Assembly: GCA_964636775.1 (NCBI GenBank)
Contig: CAZWSY010000003.1
Coordinates: 17,259-81,258, forward strand
DNA from: an uncultured Lishizhenia sp.
GTDB lineage: Bacteria; Bacteroidota; Bacteroidia; Flavobacteriales_D; Crocinitomicaceae
Reading direction: 5' to 3'
DNA: 64,000 nucleotides
This document shows positions 49,687-59,045 of the stretch, piece after piece. Both the position numbers and the translations under genes were made by a program. Positions within the stretch are counted from its first letter, which is position 1; the number at the start of each line of letters is the position of its first letter. Below the pieces are notes generated by a model that worked only from the letters and a program-made list of their open reading frames with translations, did not search any database and had not been told where the DNA came from.

Positions 49687-50731
49687 GTTAGAGCTTCACC
49701 TCATTGAGTCAAAACAAAGTATCCGATTAGCGATGCAACGCATAAATGAGTTAGCGCAAGATGGAATTTTATTTGTGATTGATGAAAATTCTAAACTTGT
49801 AGGTTCACTAACGGATGGAGATATTCGAAGAGGTTTACTTGCGGGAAAAAATATGGAGGACAAAGTGGAGGAGGTATGTTTTAAGCAACCAAAATTTATC
49901 CAAAAATCAATCTTCTTTGCCAAAGAAATAAAGTCGTATCGCCAAAATAAATTTGGAATTATTCCCATTGTAGATGATGAACACCAAATTATCGACCTCA
50001 TCAATTTTCGATTTAAACAAAATGAACTTCCCGTTTTTTCGGTAATTATGGCAGGTGGAAAAGGTGAAAGATTAAAACCTTTAACCTTAAACACCCCAAA
50101 ACCACTACTTCAAATTGGTAGCAAACCTATTCTGAAATACAACCTCGAGTTATTGCAACGTTTCGGGGTTAAGAATTGTTGTTTGTCAATTAATTATCTT
50201 GGTGAGCAACTGGAAATTTTCGCAAATGAAAACAGTAATTCTGAATTAGCAATTTCAACTATTAAAGAAAATGAACCATTGGGAACTATTGGTTCTTTAA
50301 GTTTAATCGATAATTTCCCCAATGATTATCTGCTAGTTTCAAATTCAGATTTACTTTCCAATGTTAATTTAGAAGACTTTTTCATAGACTTTGTTGACCA
50401 ACATGCAGACTTAAGCGTTTTGAGTATCCCCTACTCTATTAATGTTCCTTATGCTATACTATCAACTGAAAATGATACCGTTAAAGGTCTTTCTGAAAAA
50501 CCAACCTATACTTATTTTGCTAACGGAGGAATGTACCTTTTCAAAAAAGAAATGATAAAATTGATCCCTAAAAATACTTTTTTCACTGCCGTTGACTTTA
50601 TAGAGGAACTTCTTCGTCAAAACAAAAAAGTTATCACCTACGTACACAACGGTTATTGGCTCGATATCGGTCAACATGAGGATTACAAACGCGCAAATGA
50701 AGACATAAAACATTTGAATTTATGGGAATAG
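49679..50731 (+). CDS. CBS-domain sugar-phosphate nucleotidyltransferase (PtmE-like architecture)
   Basis: N-terminal CBS pair (LFVIDENSKLVGSLTDGDIRRGLL; IIPIVDDEHQIIDLI) fused to an NTP-transferase domain (VIMAGGKGERLKPLTLNTPKPLL). Confidence 0.8.
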   Translation: MNKLELHLIESKQSIRLAMQRINELAQDGILFVIDENSKLVGSLTDGDIRRGLLAGKNMEDKVEEVCFKQPKFIQKSIFFAKEIKSYRQNKFGIIPIVDDEHQIIDLINFRFKQNELPVFSVIMAGGKGERLKPLTLNTPKPLLQIGSKPILKYNLELLQRFGVKNCCLSINYLGEQLEIFANENSNSELAISTIKENEPLGTIGSLSLIDNFPNDYLLVSNSDLLSNVNLEDFFIDFVDQHADLSVLSIPYSINVPYAILSTENDTVKGLSEKPTYTYFANGGMYLFKKEMIKLIPKNTFFTAVDFIEELLRQNKKVITYVHNGYWLDIGQHEDYKRANEDIKHLNLWE

Positions 50732-51432
50732 ATTGGTCGAAGTGTTTGGTGGTTATTCCTGCGCGAAAAGGCTCGAAAGGAATTCCAGGTAAGAATGGAA
50801 AAATCTTGGGTAAAAAACCTCTGCTTGCTTACACAATAGAAAGTGCTTTAGCTTTTTTTCCAGTTAAAAATATTTGTTTGACCACAGATTGTGAAAATCT
50901 TATTGAAATAGGAAAATCCTATGGATTGAACGTTCCATTTTTACGTTCAAATGATTTATCATCAGACACCGCATCCTCAAGAGATGTCATTTTAGATGCC
51001 ATTGAAAAATGGACAAATTTCTATTTCAAGCCCGCATATATTTTATTACTTCAACCCACTTCCCCTTTCCGAAGAAAAGTTGATTTTGAGGCTGTGTTAA
51101 GCCTATTTTCAAATGAGATTGACATGGTGGTAAGTGTTATTAAATCCAAAGCAAATCCCTATTTTACACTTTTTGAAGAGGACGAAAATGGATTTTTAAA
51201 CCCTTCTAAAATAGGACATTTCACTTCCCGACAGGCGGTTCCAACCTGTTACCAATACAACGGCGCATTTTATTTATTCCACACCGAACTACTGGTCAAA
51301 AAAGCTTTTAGTGAATTTGAAAAAATTAAAAAATACGAAATGCCAACACTTTATTCCGTTGATTTGGACGAACCAATTGACTGGGAATTTGCCGAATTAT
51401 TGTTAGAAAAAAAATACATTGAGCACACTTAG
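50722..51432 (+). CDS. neuA: Acylneuraminate cytidylyltransferase (CMP-nonulosonate synthetase)
   Basis: VVIPARKGSKGIPGKN and LLQPTSPFR are CMP-NeuAc/CMP-Kdo synthetase family motifs. Confidence 0.85.
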   Translation: MGIDWSKCLVVIPARKGSKGIPGKNGKILGKKPLLAYTIESALAFFPVKNICLTTDCENLIEIGKSYGLNVPFLRSNDLSSDTASSRDVILDAIEKWTNFYFKPAYILLLQPTSPFRRKVDFEAVLSLFSNEIDMVVSVIKSKANPYFTLFEEDENGFLNPSKIGHFTSRQAVPTCYQYNGAFYLFHTELLVKKAFSEFEKIKKYEMPTLYSVDLDEPIDWEFAELLLEKKYIEHT

Positions 51433-52879
51433 AAACAAGACATTAAAAGCCTTTTCGTGGGACGTTCTTGGTAAAATGATGAACCAAGGAAGCACCTTTG
51501 TCGTTTCTATTTTTCTTGCCCGATTGCTTGACCCTGAAGATTTTGGGTTGGTTGCAATGGCAATGGCCTTTATAAGCATCGCCACCGTATTTATTGACGT
51601 TGGGTTTTCTGCCGCACTCATTCAAAGTGATTCGAATACCGACAAAACATATAGTTCAATTTTCATATTCAATATTATAGCCGGCGCAACGCTAACCATA
51701 ATAACCTTCTTTGCAGCACCATTGATTGGTGGGTTTTACAATAGTCCTGAAGTAACAAATTTGACACGATGGTTGTCCTTAATGTTTTTATTCAACTCCT
51801 TTAATCGGGTTCAAAATGCCATTCTCAACAAGAACTTAGAGATTAAAAAACAAACAGTTCGTTCCTTTTCTGCCTCTATAATTAGCGGAATTTTGGGAGT
51901 TATGGCAGCGTTTTACGGGTTAGGAGTTTACAGTCTTGTAGTTCAAACTTTGTCTTTTGCCGTTATTGGAACCGTAATGCTTTGGAGTACAACTGAATGG
52001 AGACCTTCTTTTTATTTTTCCTATTCAGAGGTTAAAAAATTAATGGGTTTCAGTATTTACGCCTTTTTTGAACGAGTATTAAACAATATTTTCATAAGAT
52101 TGGACGTGCTATTACTGGCTAAATTGTTTTCTCCACTCACTGTTAGTTTCTACACAAGAGCTTCAACTCTGAAAGATTTTGTAACCAAATATTCATCGTC
52201 CTCTATCATACGTGTACTTTTTCCAATACTTTCACAATTAAAAAATGACCACAAAGCCTACGAGAATGTTTACTTTAGAATGTTCTCCATCATTGCATTA
52301 TTGAGTTATTTGCTCACAGGCGTTCTCTATTTCATGGGTGCGGATTTGATACCTTTACTCTTCGGTAAAAAATGGACTGCAACAATTCCAATCTTCCAAA
52401 TTTTGATTTTGTCGAGTTGTAATATTCCTTTAAATTCTTTGATGTGGAATGCTATGATGAGCAAAGGGAAGGCGAAAGAAAACTTTTATTTCAGCAATTT
52501 CAAGAAGATTATTGGTTTGTTCCCCTTTGGTTTCGCTTACTATTACAACGATATATGGTGGTTTACAGTAACTTGGGTGATTTCAAATTTCTTGGTTACA
52601 ATATTGAATGTATTTATGCTAAAGACCCATTCTAACCTGTCGATGCGAAGGCATTTCTATGAACTATTTATGGGATTTGTACCTTTGGTTCCAGCTATTT
52701 TGTTTTTTGAATGGCTAGAATTAATTCAATTTTCAACAAAACTTGGGTATTCAGTGGTCTTTATTCTCGTATTTCTTGCATTTAGCTTACTCACCCGAAA
52801 TCAAGGCTTGCTCTATGTGATGAGTACGACTAAAGATTTACAAAACACGTTTAAAAACAAACTCCTCAAAAAAATATGA
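51419..52879 (+). CDS. wzx: Polysaccharide flippase (Wzx, MOP superfamily)
   Basis: 486 aa, about 12-14 TM segments. The N-terminal KAFSWDVLGKMMNQGSTFVVSIFLARLL is typical of Wzx. TTG start. Confidence 0.75.
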   Translation: MSTLRNKTLKAFSWDVLGKMMNQGSTFVVSIFLARLLDPEDFGLVAMAMAFISIATVFIDVGFSAALIQSDSNTDKTYSSIFIFNIIAGATLTIITFFAAPLIGGFYNSPEVTNLTRWLSLMFLFNSFNRVQNAILNKNLEIKKQTVRSFSASIISGILGVMAAFYGLGVYSLVVQTLSFAVIGTVMLWSTTEWRPSFYFSYSEVKKLMGFSIYAFFERVLNNIFIRLDVLLLAKLFSPLTVSFYTRASTLKDFVTKYSSSSIIRVLFPILSQLKNDHKAYENVYFRMFSIIALLSYLLTGVLYFMGADLIPLLFGKKWTATIPIFQILILSSCNIPLNSLMWNAMMSKGKAKENFYFSNFKKIIGLFPFGFAYYYNDIWWFTVTWVISNFLVTILNVFMLKTHSNLSMRRHFYELFMGFVPLVPAILFFEWLELIQFSTKLGYSVVFILVFLAFSLLTRNQGLLYVMSTTKDLQNTFKNKLLKKI

Positions 52880-53529
52880 AACTTTTAATCTTTGGAGGTA
52901 CAAGTACTGCTTTGGATATTTTCGAAACAGTTACATCTTTTTACGAAGAAAAGTTTCATGAAGTCTTATTAGTTATTGGAAATAGAGAAGTTGAACCAGA
53001 AAGATATCCTTTTATACGCGATATGGATTTGGAGAAATTCACCCGATTGGATAAATGTGAATATATTCTTGCTTTTTCGAATTATAAATTAAGAAGTAAG
53101 ATGTTGTCTGTTATTCATGAATTGGGAATTTCACCATCTACAATCGTTCATCCAACGGCAGTAATTTCTAACACAAGTGTTCTTGGTGAAGGTTGTTATG
53201 TTGGCGCAAATGTGGTAATTACCCAAAATGTGAAAATTGGTAAACATTGCATCATTAATTATCAAGCGTCGATAGGACATGATTCGGTCATCTTTGATAA
53301 TGTAATTGTGAATCCTACTGCCTGTATTAGTGGAAATGTTGTAATTGAAAAAAATTGTCTTGTTGGGGCGAATTCCTTTATATTACAAGGAGTTAAAATT
53401 GGTAAAGACTGCTTGATTGATGCGTTAACTTATATAGATCAAAATATTCCAGAAGGAAGTCTTTGTAAAAACAGACGATTGGAAATAATCCGAAGAAAAT
53501 CTTTTCAATCGTTCAACCCACCCGAATAA
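52876..53529 (+). CDS. NeuD/PglD-family hexapeptide-repeat sugar acyltransferase
   Basis: N-terminal Rossmann-like LLIFGGTSTALDI followed by left-handed beta-helix hexapeptide repeats. ATGA overlap with wzx. Confidence 0.75.
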   Translation: MKLLIFGGTSTALDIFETVTSFYEEKFHEVLLVIGNREVEPERYPFIRDMDLEKFTRLDKCEYILAFSNYKLRSKMLSVIHELGISPSTIVHPTAVISNTSVLGEGCYVGANVVITQNVKIGKHCIINYQASIGHDSVIFDNVIVNPTACISGNVVIEKNCLVGANSFILQGVKIGKDCLIDALTYIDQNIPEGSLCKNRRLEIIRRKSFQSFNPPE

Positions 53530-53538
53530 AACTTGAAT

Positions 53539-54579
53539 ATGTCCACCTACTACTTCGTAAGAACACCACTTCAATACATAAACGCGTTAGAGGCAAACTT
53601 AGAAAATCGATTTGAATCGAAGGAACACCATTTAATTCTCTTAAGTGATTACCACAAAACAATTCATCAACTTAAATCGATTATAAAAAAACAATATTGG
53701 ACGAGTATTGAATTCATTTGGGAGCCATTTGCTGCCAACAAGAACAATAGCTTCATGAATGCGCTGTCTATTTGGGGAAGAAAAAGGACGTTAGACAGTA
53801 TTCTTAGACAAATTAAAGAAAGTGACAAGATTTTTTGGGGAAATATAAATTCAACGTGGTTTTTCTACGTTCATCATAATTTAAAAAACCATCTTCACCT
53901 TTTAGACGATGGATTTGCAACGATAAACCATCTTAAGCCTTTTGAGATTAAACCATTAAAAGTCAACTTATTATCGAGTAAAAGCGGGAAAATTGAAAAA
54001 TTGTTACTTCAACCAAAGTTTGAAATAAATTGGAATAAAATAACTTTTTATACCAACCTTAACTTTATGAAAAGTGAAAAAAAGGTTATTGAGCATAGCT
54101 ATTTGCATTTATCCAAAATGGTTGATAATCTCGAAATTAGAAATGAAGTCTATTTCATTGGACAACCATTAATTTTTCAGAAAATGATGACGAAAGAATA
54201 TTATGTCAATCGAATAAACGAAATTTCTGATTTCTATAAAAGTCAAGGATTAACGTTTAAATATCTTCCACACCGTTCAACTACACTTGATTATATACCA
54301 AAAACTTGGGAAGTTATACAATTTGACTTTCCGCTTGAGTTTATATTAATGCAAGAGAATTTTGCACCAAAAGTATTCGCTACATTCTATTCTTCTGCAC
54401 TTTATAATCTCGAAATACTTGGACAAAATTTAGACATACAATGTGAATATTGGCGTGTTGAAGCACATGAAATCAGTAATTATCCTTACGAAAATATCGC
54501 CTACCTTTACGACCAATTATCTGAAAACCCTAAACCTAACCGAAAACTTCGATTAAAGGATGAAAAAAACAATCATTAA
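53539..54579 (+). CDS. Hypothetical protein; candidate GT52-like (GT-B) sialyltransferase
   Basis: No signal peptide or TM segment. Motif order LLDDGFATI (D-D-G), VYFIGQPL, KYLPHRS, then PLEFIL...FATFYSSALYNL parallels the FDDGTGN / LLGSP / APHPR / IYTFFSGAAL order I recall for GT52 Lst-type enzymes. It sits between nonulosonate genes and wzy. ATG at 53539 preferred over TTG at 53533. Confidence 0.4.
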   Translation: MSTYYFVRTPLQYINALEANLENRFESKEHHLILLSDYHKTIHQLKSIIKKQYWTSIEFIWEPFAANKNNSFMNALSIWGRKRTLDSILRQIKESDKIFWGNINSTWFFYVHHNLKNHLHLLDDGFATINHLKPFEIKPLKVNLLSSKSGKIEKLLLQPKFEINWNKITFYTNLNFMKSEKKVIEHSYLHLSKMVDNLEIRNEVYFIGQPLIFQKMMTKEYYVNRINEISDFYKSQGLTFKYLPHRSTTLDYIPKTWEVIQFDFPLEFILMQENFAPKVFATFYSSALYNLEILGQNLDIQCEYWRVEAHEISNYPYENIAYLYDQLSENPKPNRKLRLKDEKNNH

Positions 54580-55828
54580 TAAGCAAAAAATTTCTTTCGA
54601 ACTTTTGCTGTTTTTGATTATTCCTATTTTGAACGTAACCACTTCCATCGCAACTCCTTTTTTCCCAGGCGGATTGAATCCTGGTATTTTGAGAGGCGCG
54701 TATTTAACGCTTTATCTCGTTTGGTTCTTGATAGCGCGTTACAAAATGAACGTACAAACTTCACTTGTTGTAATCTACACCTTTTACATTTTCGTTTTAT
54801 GTTGGTTTGCGGATCAACCTTCGGTATCATTTTATATTTTCAATAAGTTCGCAATCAATAGTTTAATGTTACTTGTTGGCTTTCATTACATTAAAAATGC
54901 CAATAACATGCTTTATTTGCTTCGTTCTATTTTGATTTGTTTAGTGCTTATCCTGTTGTATTTTGCTTATTCCAATGTTTTTCAAATTGGAGAGAGGAGC
55001 TATCAAGACGATTCCGTATTTTTCGGTGAGTCTGGAGTAAACATCACTAAGTCTATCGCCATTTTTGTGATGGGAATTCCGCTTTATCTCCGTTTAGAAC
55101 AAAATGCTCGTTACAAAACAATAGCGTTGGTAGTACTTTTGATTGGAGTTATCGCAATTGCTTTGGGAATGAAAAGATCGGCAATTTTGGCAACAACTTT
55201 AGGATTCACCCTTTACACTCTTTACACCCCGTATAAAACAAGATTAATAAAAGCCTTGCCTGTAATTTTAATTGCCCTAATGTTGACCTCTCCCTATTTT
55301 TTACCCATTATTGAAAAACGATTTGAAGCCCGACAAAGCAGAGTATCAATGACGGTTGACCAGCTTCAGGACAATGAAAGTGAAGGTCGTTTACTTGAAA
55401 TTAAGTTTACAGTAGAAGAAACCTTTATAAGTTTAAAAAGAACCTTGTTTGGCTTTAACGTATTCATGAAAAAAGATTTTATGGGTAGGGAGCGAATGTT
55501 GCATGTGGATTACATGAATATGCTTGGTGGAGCTGGATTGATAGGACTAACTTTGTTTTTGGCGGTGTACTTTCGAATAATTCAACAAGTGAGAAGTTTA
55601 AAAAAGAAGCTCAATGATTCTCCGTTAATACGAGAAGTCTTTGCTACCTGTCTTGCCCTTGTTGGTGTTCAGGCGTTTTTATCAATTGGAGGAACGATGC
55701 AAGGGGTAAATCTTCGCGGATACATATTACTTATGTTAGGTTCTTTAATGGGATTTTCTATTTATTTGTATAAACTCAAACTACTACAAAAACGTGCAAA
55801 TCAACCCTCTCAACCTAGCCCTCTTTAG
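54560..55828 (+). CDS. wzy: O-antigen/capsule polymerase-like (Wzy / O-antigen ligase-like) membrane protein
   Basis: 422 aa, about 10-12 TM helices, with a larger loop near the C-terminal third (RFEARQSRVSMTVDQLQDNESEGRLLEIK). Context is a polysaccharide locus that also has wzx. Confidence 0.55.
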   Translation: MKKTIINKQKISFELLLFLIIPILNVTTSIATPFFPGGLNPGILRGAYLTLYLVWFLIARYKMNVQTSLVVIYTFYIFVLCWFADQPSVSFYIFNKFAINSLMLLVGFHYIKNANNMLYLLRSILICLVLILLYFAYSNVFQIGERSYQDDSVFFGESGVNITKSIAIFVMGIPLYLRLEQNARYKTIALVVLLIGVIAIALGMKRSAILATTLGFTLYTLYTPYKTRLIKALPVILIALMLTSPYFLPIIEKRFEARQSRVSMTVDQLQDNESEGRLLEIKFTVEETFISLKRTLFGFNVFMKKDFMGRERMLHVDYMNMLGGAGLIGLTLFLAVYFRIIQQVRSLKKKLNDSPLIREVFATCLALVGVQAFLSIGGTMQGVNLRGYILLMLGSLMGFSIYLYKLKLLQKRANQPSQPSPL

Positions 55829-57065
55829 TTTTTTTCATCACGACGTAACGGGATATATAGATTTTCCTATTACAAAAAGTCATGAATGGTTAAAAATCAC
55901 ACAAGCCCCTGTTTCTAAGGATGAATCTAATATTCTGCACGTCATTAAGCATATAATTTCTGAAACTCTTCATCTTTCAGGTGACGGAAAAGTAGCGATA
56001 ACTTTAACTGGAGGGTTTGATTCTCGTGTTGTTTTAGCCGCACTTCTTCATTTTGGAGTAAAACCAATTTGTGTAACCTACGGCGACGAACGCAATCGCG
56101 ACATTCAAATTTCGAGAAAAATTGCCGAGCACTTCGGACTTAAACACTACAATGTTGCTGCCAAAACGCCAACGGCTGAATGGTATGAACATTGGATAAA
56201 TAAAACCATTGAAATTGATGGTGGAAATGCTCATTTACATCGCGCTCACAGAACCGCAGCAATTGCGGAACTACTTGAAAAAGAAAAAATTGAAGTGCTT
56301 TTCACTGGACATTTAGGAGGAGAAAACATCCGTGGACTATCTTACAACGACTACTTCGCTTCTCCCCTATTTGAAAATGTGAATGAAGGTAAATTAAGTA
56401 TGAAAGAGGCTGTTAACAAGGAAATGAAACGGTATTTTCTAAGACCTGAGAAAATAGATATCAATGAAATTTACGATTGCATAGAATCTCTTCCTTGGAT
56501 GAGCGAAAATAAACGGAATAATAAGTTCTTTTTTGTCAATGAATTGGTTGGAAATATTCACCACCGTCAAGATCTTCGGATTTACAATCACTTTGTTCCC
56601 AAAGTTGTTCCGCTATTCCTAATAGATGAATACATTGAAACGTTGTGTGCGACTAAACATCATTTCCTTAGAAAAGAAAATTTGCGTTTTGTAGCATTAC
56701 AACACCCTAAACTTTACTGTTATTTGATTTCCCGACTTTTTCCAGATTTGATGCAATTTGAACTTTCAAATGGTTACGCTCCTGTGGATTACACCAAAGG
56801 AATTATTTACTACACAGCCAAACGAATTTACCAGAAAAAGGTGCAAAAAATCAAAAATTATCCATCCTTTTCTTATGGCACATGGTATGCCGATTGGATA
56901 AAAAATCGAGTGGAGGGAATAGACGTCAAGATTTGGGAAATCTATGATGAGCAAGCATATAAATCAACTTTAAATAGTATTTCACTACAACAAAATGAAG
57001 GTTTTTGGCATCGATTTTCTAATCCTCTATTTTTTGATTTAATTTTGAAATCAAATGCCTGCTAA
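55794..57065 (+). CDS. Asparagine-synthase-like PP-loop ATP pyrophosphatase lacking the glutaminase domain (PseA-like)
   Basis: PP-loop variant ITLTGGFDSRVVLAAL about 70 aa from the N-terminus. There is no N-terminal Cys/Ntn glutaminase domain. GTG start overlaps the wzy-like gene. Confidence 0.6.
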   Translation: MQINPLNLALFSFFHHDVTGYIDFPITKSHEWLKITQAPVSKDESNILHVIKHIISETLHLSGDGKVAITLTGGFDSRVVLAALLHFGVKPICVTYGDERNRDIQISRKIAEHFGLKHYNVAAKTPTAEWYEHWINKTIEIDGGNAHLHRAHRTAAIAELLEKEKIEVLFTGHLGGENIRGLSYNDYFASPLFENVNEGKLSMKEAVNKEMKRYFLRPEKIDINEIYDCIESLPWMSENKRNNKFFFVNELVGNIHHRQDLRIYNHFVPKVVPLFLIDEYIETLCATKHHFLRKENLRFVALQHPKLYCYLISRLFPDLMQFELSNGYAPVDYTKGIIYYTAKRIYQKKVQKIKNYPSFSYGTWYADWIKNRVEGIDVKIWEIYDEQAYKSTLNSISLQQNEGFWHRFSNPLFFDLILKSNAC

Positions 57066-58122
57066 TCCTACTGCTATCATTCTCAGAAATGAGATTGCTG
57101 ATTCTGACCTCAAATGGCGACTTGCTTGTGAAAAAATTAACTTGGACTATGTTGTTATAGACATAAGTTCAGCTGACTGGCTCGAACAAATTTTAGCTGT
57201 TCCCACAAAACTTCTTTTAACCCGACCAGCAGGTTTAACCATGCCTTTTAAAATTCTTTACGACGAAAGGTTGGAAGTTTTAGTTCGGGATTTGGGTTAT
57301 TTCGCTTTCCCTAATTTATTAGAAGTCAAGATCTACGAAAACAAAAAATACTTCGCCTATTGGTTGAAGGCTAATAAAATTCCACATCCTGATACGTTTA
57401 TTTTTTATCATAGGGAAGAAGCTCACCAATGGGCAAAAAAGTTAACCTCTTACCCCGTTGTCGGAAAAACAAATATTGGTGCCTCTGGAAGTGGTGTGAA
57501 AATTCTGAAATCTGCCTCTGAACTTGAAAAATACATTGACTCCACTTTTTCTGGTGGAGGGGGAAATAAACGTGTTGGTCCTAATCTAAAAAAAGGACGA
57601 CTTGTTCAACGTGCGGTTAACTTGCTGTTAAAACCTCAACAACTAAAGAAAAAAGTAAAGGTTTACCAAGCACGTGCATTGGATGTGCAAAAGGATTTTG
57701 TGTTGTTTCAAGGTTACGTCCCGCACACATTCGAGTGGCGTGTAGTTCGTATTGGAGACTCGTTTTTCGCACATAAAAAAATGATGTTGGGAGAAATGAC
57801 AAGCGGTTCGTTGATTAAGGATTATGGTAATCCACCTCTTCAATTATTCGATTTTGTGAAAGAACTTACCGATAAGTTTGGTCTTTTCTCACAAGCGGTG
57901 GACGTTTTCGAGCATCCAACAGAAAAATTTAGTTACTTGGTGAATGAGATGCAATGTATTTTCGGACAATCCGACGCGTATCAAATGCAAGTGGACGGAA
58001 TCATTGGACGGTACATTTGGAAACAGGACAAATGGTTCTTTGAGGCTGGAGATTTCAACACCAACGAATCCTACGATTTGCGCCTCGAAACAGCTTTGAA
58101 AATGTATCATCAACACGTGTGA
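57055..58122 (+). CDS. ATP-grasp domain protein (putative carboxylate-amine ligase)
   Basis: ENKKYFAYWLKANKIPHPDT, YPVVGKTNIGASGSGVKILKS and YLVNEMQCIFG fit the ATP-grasp pattern. Confidence 0.65.
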   Translation: MPANPTAIILRNEIADSDLKWRLACEKINLDYVVIDISSADWLEQILAVPTKLLLTRPAGLTMPFKILYDERLEVLVRDLGYFAFPNLLEVKIYENKKYFAYWLKANKIPHPDTFIFYHREEAHQWAKKLTSYPVVGKTNIGASGSGVKILKSASELEKYIDSTFSGGGGNKRVGPNLKKGRLVQRAVNLLLKPQQLKKKVKVYQARALDVQKDFVLFQGYVPHTFEWRVVRIGDSFFAHKKMMLGEMTSGSLIKDYGNPPLQLFDFVKELTDKFGLFSQAVDVFEHPTEKFSYLVNEMQCIFGQSDAYQMQVDGIIGRYIWKQDKWFFEAGDFNTNESYDLRLETALKMYHQHV

Positions 58123-58124
58123 TT

Positions 58125-59045
58125 ATGAGCGTTCTTTTCATTTGTTCGGGCAATAAAAACGACGGTAAACCTGGAATTCTTGTAGCCAATCAAGCGGCTT
58201 CACTTTCAAAAATTGGGGTTTCTGTGCATATTGAAACAATCAAAGGAAAGGGAACTTTGGGTTACGTGAAAGCTATTCCAGCCTTGGTCAAAAAAATCAA
58301 AAATTACCCCGAAAATACTATTCATGCCCATTACTCTCTGTCCGCATTTGCTGCAACTTTCGCTCTAATTTTGAGTTTTAATAAGAAAAATCTGGTTGTT
58401 TCTTTGATGGGGAGCGATGCAAAAATGAAAGGTTGGAAGCGATTTTTGACCCGTTTTTTTTCCCGCTATTATTGGAATACGACTATTGTTAAAAGTCAAC
58501 AAATGGCCGTAGATTTAAATCTGAAGAACTATATCGTTTTGCCCAATGGTGTTGATTTATCACTATTCGAAAGCAAACCAACTCGCAAAAAGAACCATGT
58601 ACTTTTTCCTGCTAACCCTTCAAGAGAATCGAAAAATTTTACTTTGGCTAAAGAAGTTGTAGAAAAGGTAAAGACTGAAATTCCTGATTTAGAGTTTGAA
58701 ATTGTGTTTGACCTTTCCCATCGCGACATATTGGAAAAAATAAAAACTACAAGTTGTGTTTTATCTACTAGTTTGTGGGAAGGTTCACCAAACATCATCA
58801 AGGAATCTATGGCTGCTGGAACGCCAATTGTTGCCACTTCCGTTGGTGATATTGAATGGTTGTTGGCAGGTATAGATGGTTGTTATGTGACGGATTTTAA
58901 TCCAGATTCAATGGCAGATAAAGTAAAACTGGCGTTGGATTTTTCAGCAAAAAACCGAGAAACAGACGGAAAAGCGAAGCTAATTTCATTGGACTTAGAC
59001 TCAGAAAACATCGCAAAAAAATTAAAGGAAATTTATGTCAACTAA
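58125..59045 (+). CDS. Glycosyltransferase family 4 (GT-B, E-x7-E type)
   Basis: VLFICSGN...GILVANQA N-terminus and SLWEGSPNIIKESMAAGTPIVATSVGD. ATG at 58125 preferred over GTG at 58119. Confidence 0.8.
   Translation: MSVLFICSGNKNDGKPGILVANQAASLSKIGVSVHIETIKGKGTLGYVKAIPALVKKIKNYPENTIHAHYSLSAFAATFALILSFNKKNLVVSLMGSDAKMKGWKRFLTRFFSRYYWNTTIVKSQQMAVDLNLKNYIVLPNGVDLSLFESKPTRKKNHVLFPANPSRESKNFTLAKEVVEKVKTEIPDLEFEIVFDLSHRDILEKIKTTSCVLSTSLWEGSPNIIKESMAAGTPIVATSVGDIEWLLAGIDGCYVTDFNPDSMADKVKLALDFSAKNRETDGKAKLISLDLDSENIAKKLKEIYVN

Noticed and set aside
47573-51432. Calling the cassette a legionaminic or pseudaminic acid pathway outright
   Set aside because: The required dehydratase and aminotransferase genes are absent from the window. 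Only the CBS-nucleotidyltransferase hints at the Leg route, so the sugar identity is left open.
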